From the NCBI RefSeq assembly GCF_020745735.1, contig NC_083435.1, forward strand, positions 34,533,231 through 34,597,230: a DNA stretch of 64,000 bases, given 5' to 3'. A program made the translations under genes and the position numbers. The stretch's first letter is position 1; every line of letters starts with the position of its first letter. Below are positions 63,926-64,000 of this stretch, piece after piece. The stretch is from Hemiscyllium ocellatum. Lineage: Eukaryota. The notes beneath the pieces were generated by a model that saw only the letters and a list, made by a program, of their open reading frames with translations, was not told the origin of the DNA and searched no databases.

Positions 63926-64000
63926 AATTTGCTTACGTTGGTTGACTTGGTGATTCATAGTTTTATAAGACATAGGAGCCGAATTAAGCTGTTCAGCCCA

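Noticed and set aside
1-64000. Most of the 60-150 aa ORFs in the supplied track
   Set aside because: They are fragments or antisense frames of CR1, Penelope, Gypsy and ERV sequence, or random frames in AT-rich DNA; not independent genes.

Overview
Vertebrate nuclear DNA, almost certainly from a shark. HE1-type SINEs, shark-type CR1 LINEs and shark-like MHC and GPCR sequences support this; a carpet shark is my inference. About half of the window is transposon-derived by rough tally: many CR1 fragments, HE1 SINEs, two Penelope-like families carrying minimal hammerhead ribozyme motifs, Tx1, Rex/Babar and jockey/L2-like LINE pieces, a decayed Gypsy pol, and a decayed epsilon-like endogenous retrovirus (ERV). 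Three host loci are visible. (1) A multiply frameshifted GPR139-like GPCR pseudogene at about 4.8-5.7 kb (-). (2) An MHC class II beta pseudogene whose beta1, beta2, TM and cytoplasmic exons I could reassemble by hand at about 21.5-27.5 kb (-). (3) A two-exon GPR139-like gene at 56.3-63.2 kb (+) broken only by one extra A in an A7 run. Best leads: a candidate 2H-phosphoesterase module between protease and RT in the ERV pol; the MHC IIbeta relic with an intact beta1 exon among orphan GPCRs; one Penelope inserted with a 9-bp target-site duplication (TSD) into the hammerhead core of another; a Tx1 with a 19-bp TSD; and a five-box CCAATCA array with 32-bp phasing. I saw no tRNA, rRNA or CRISPR loci. 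All calls come from manual reading without database searches, and repeat boundaries are approximate (tens of bp).
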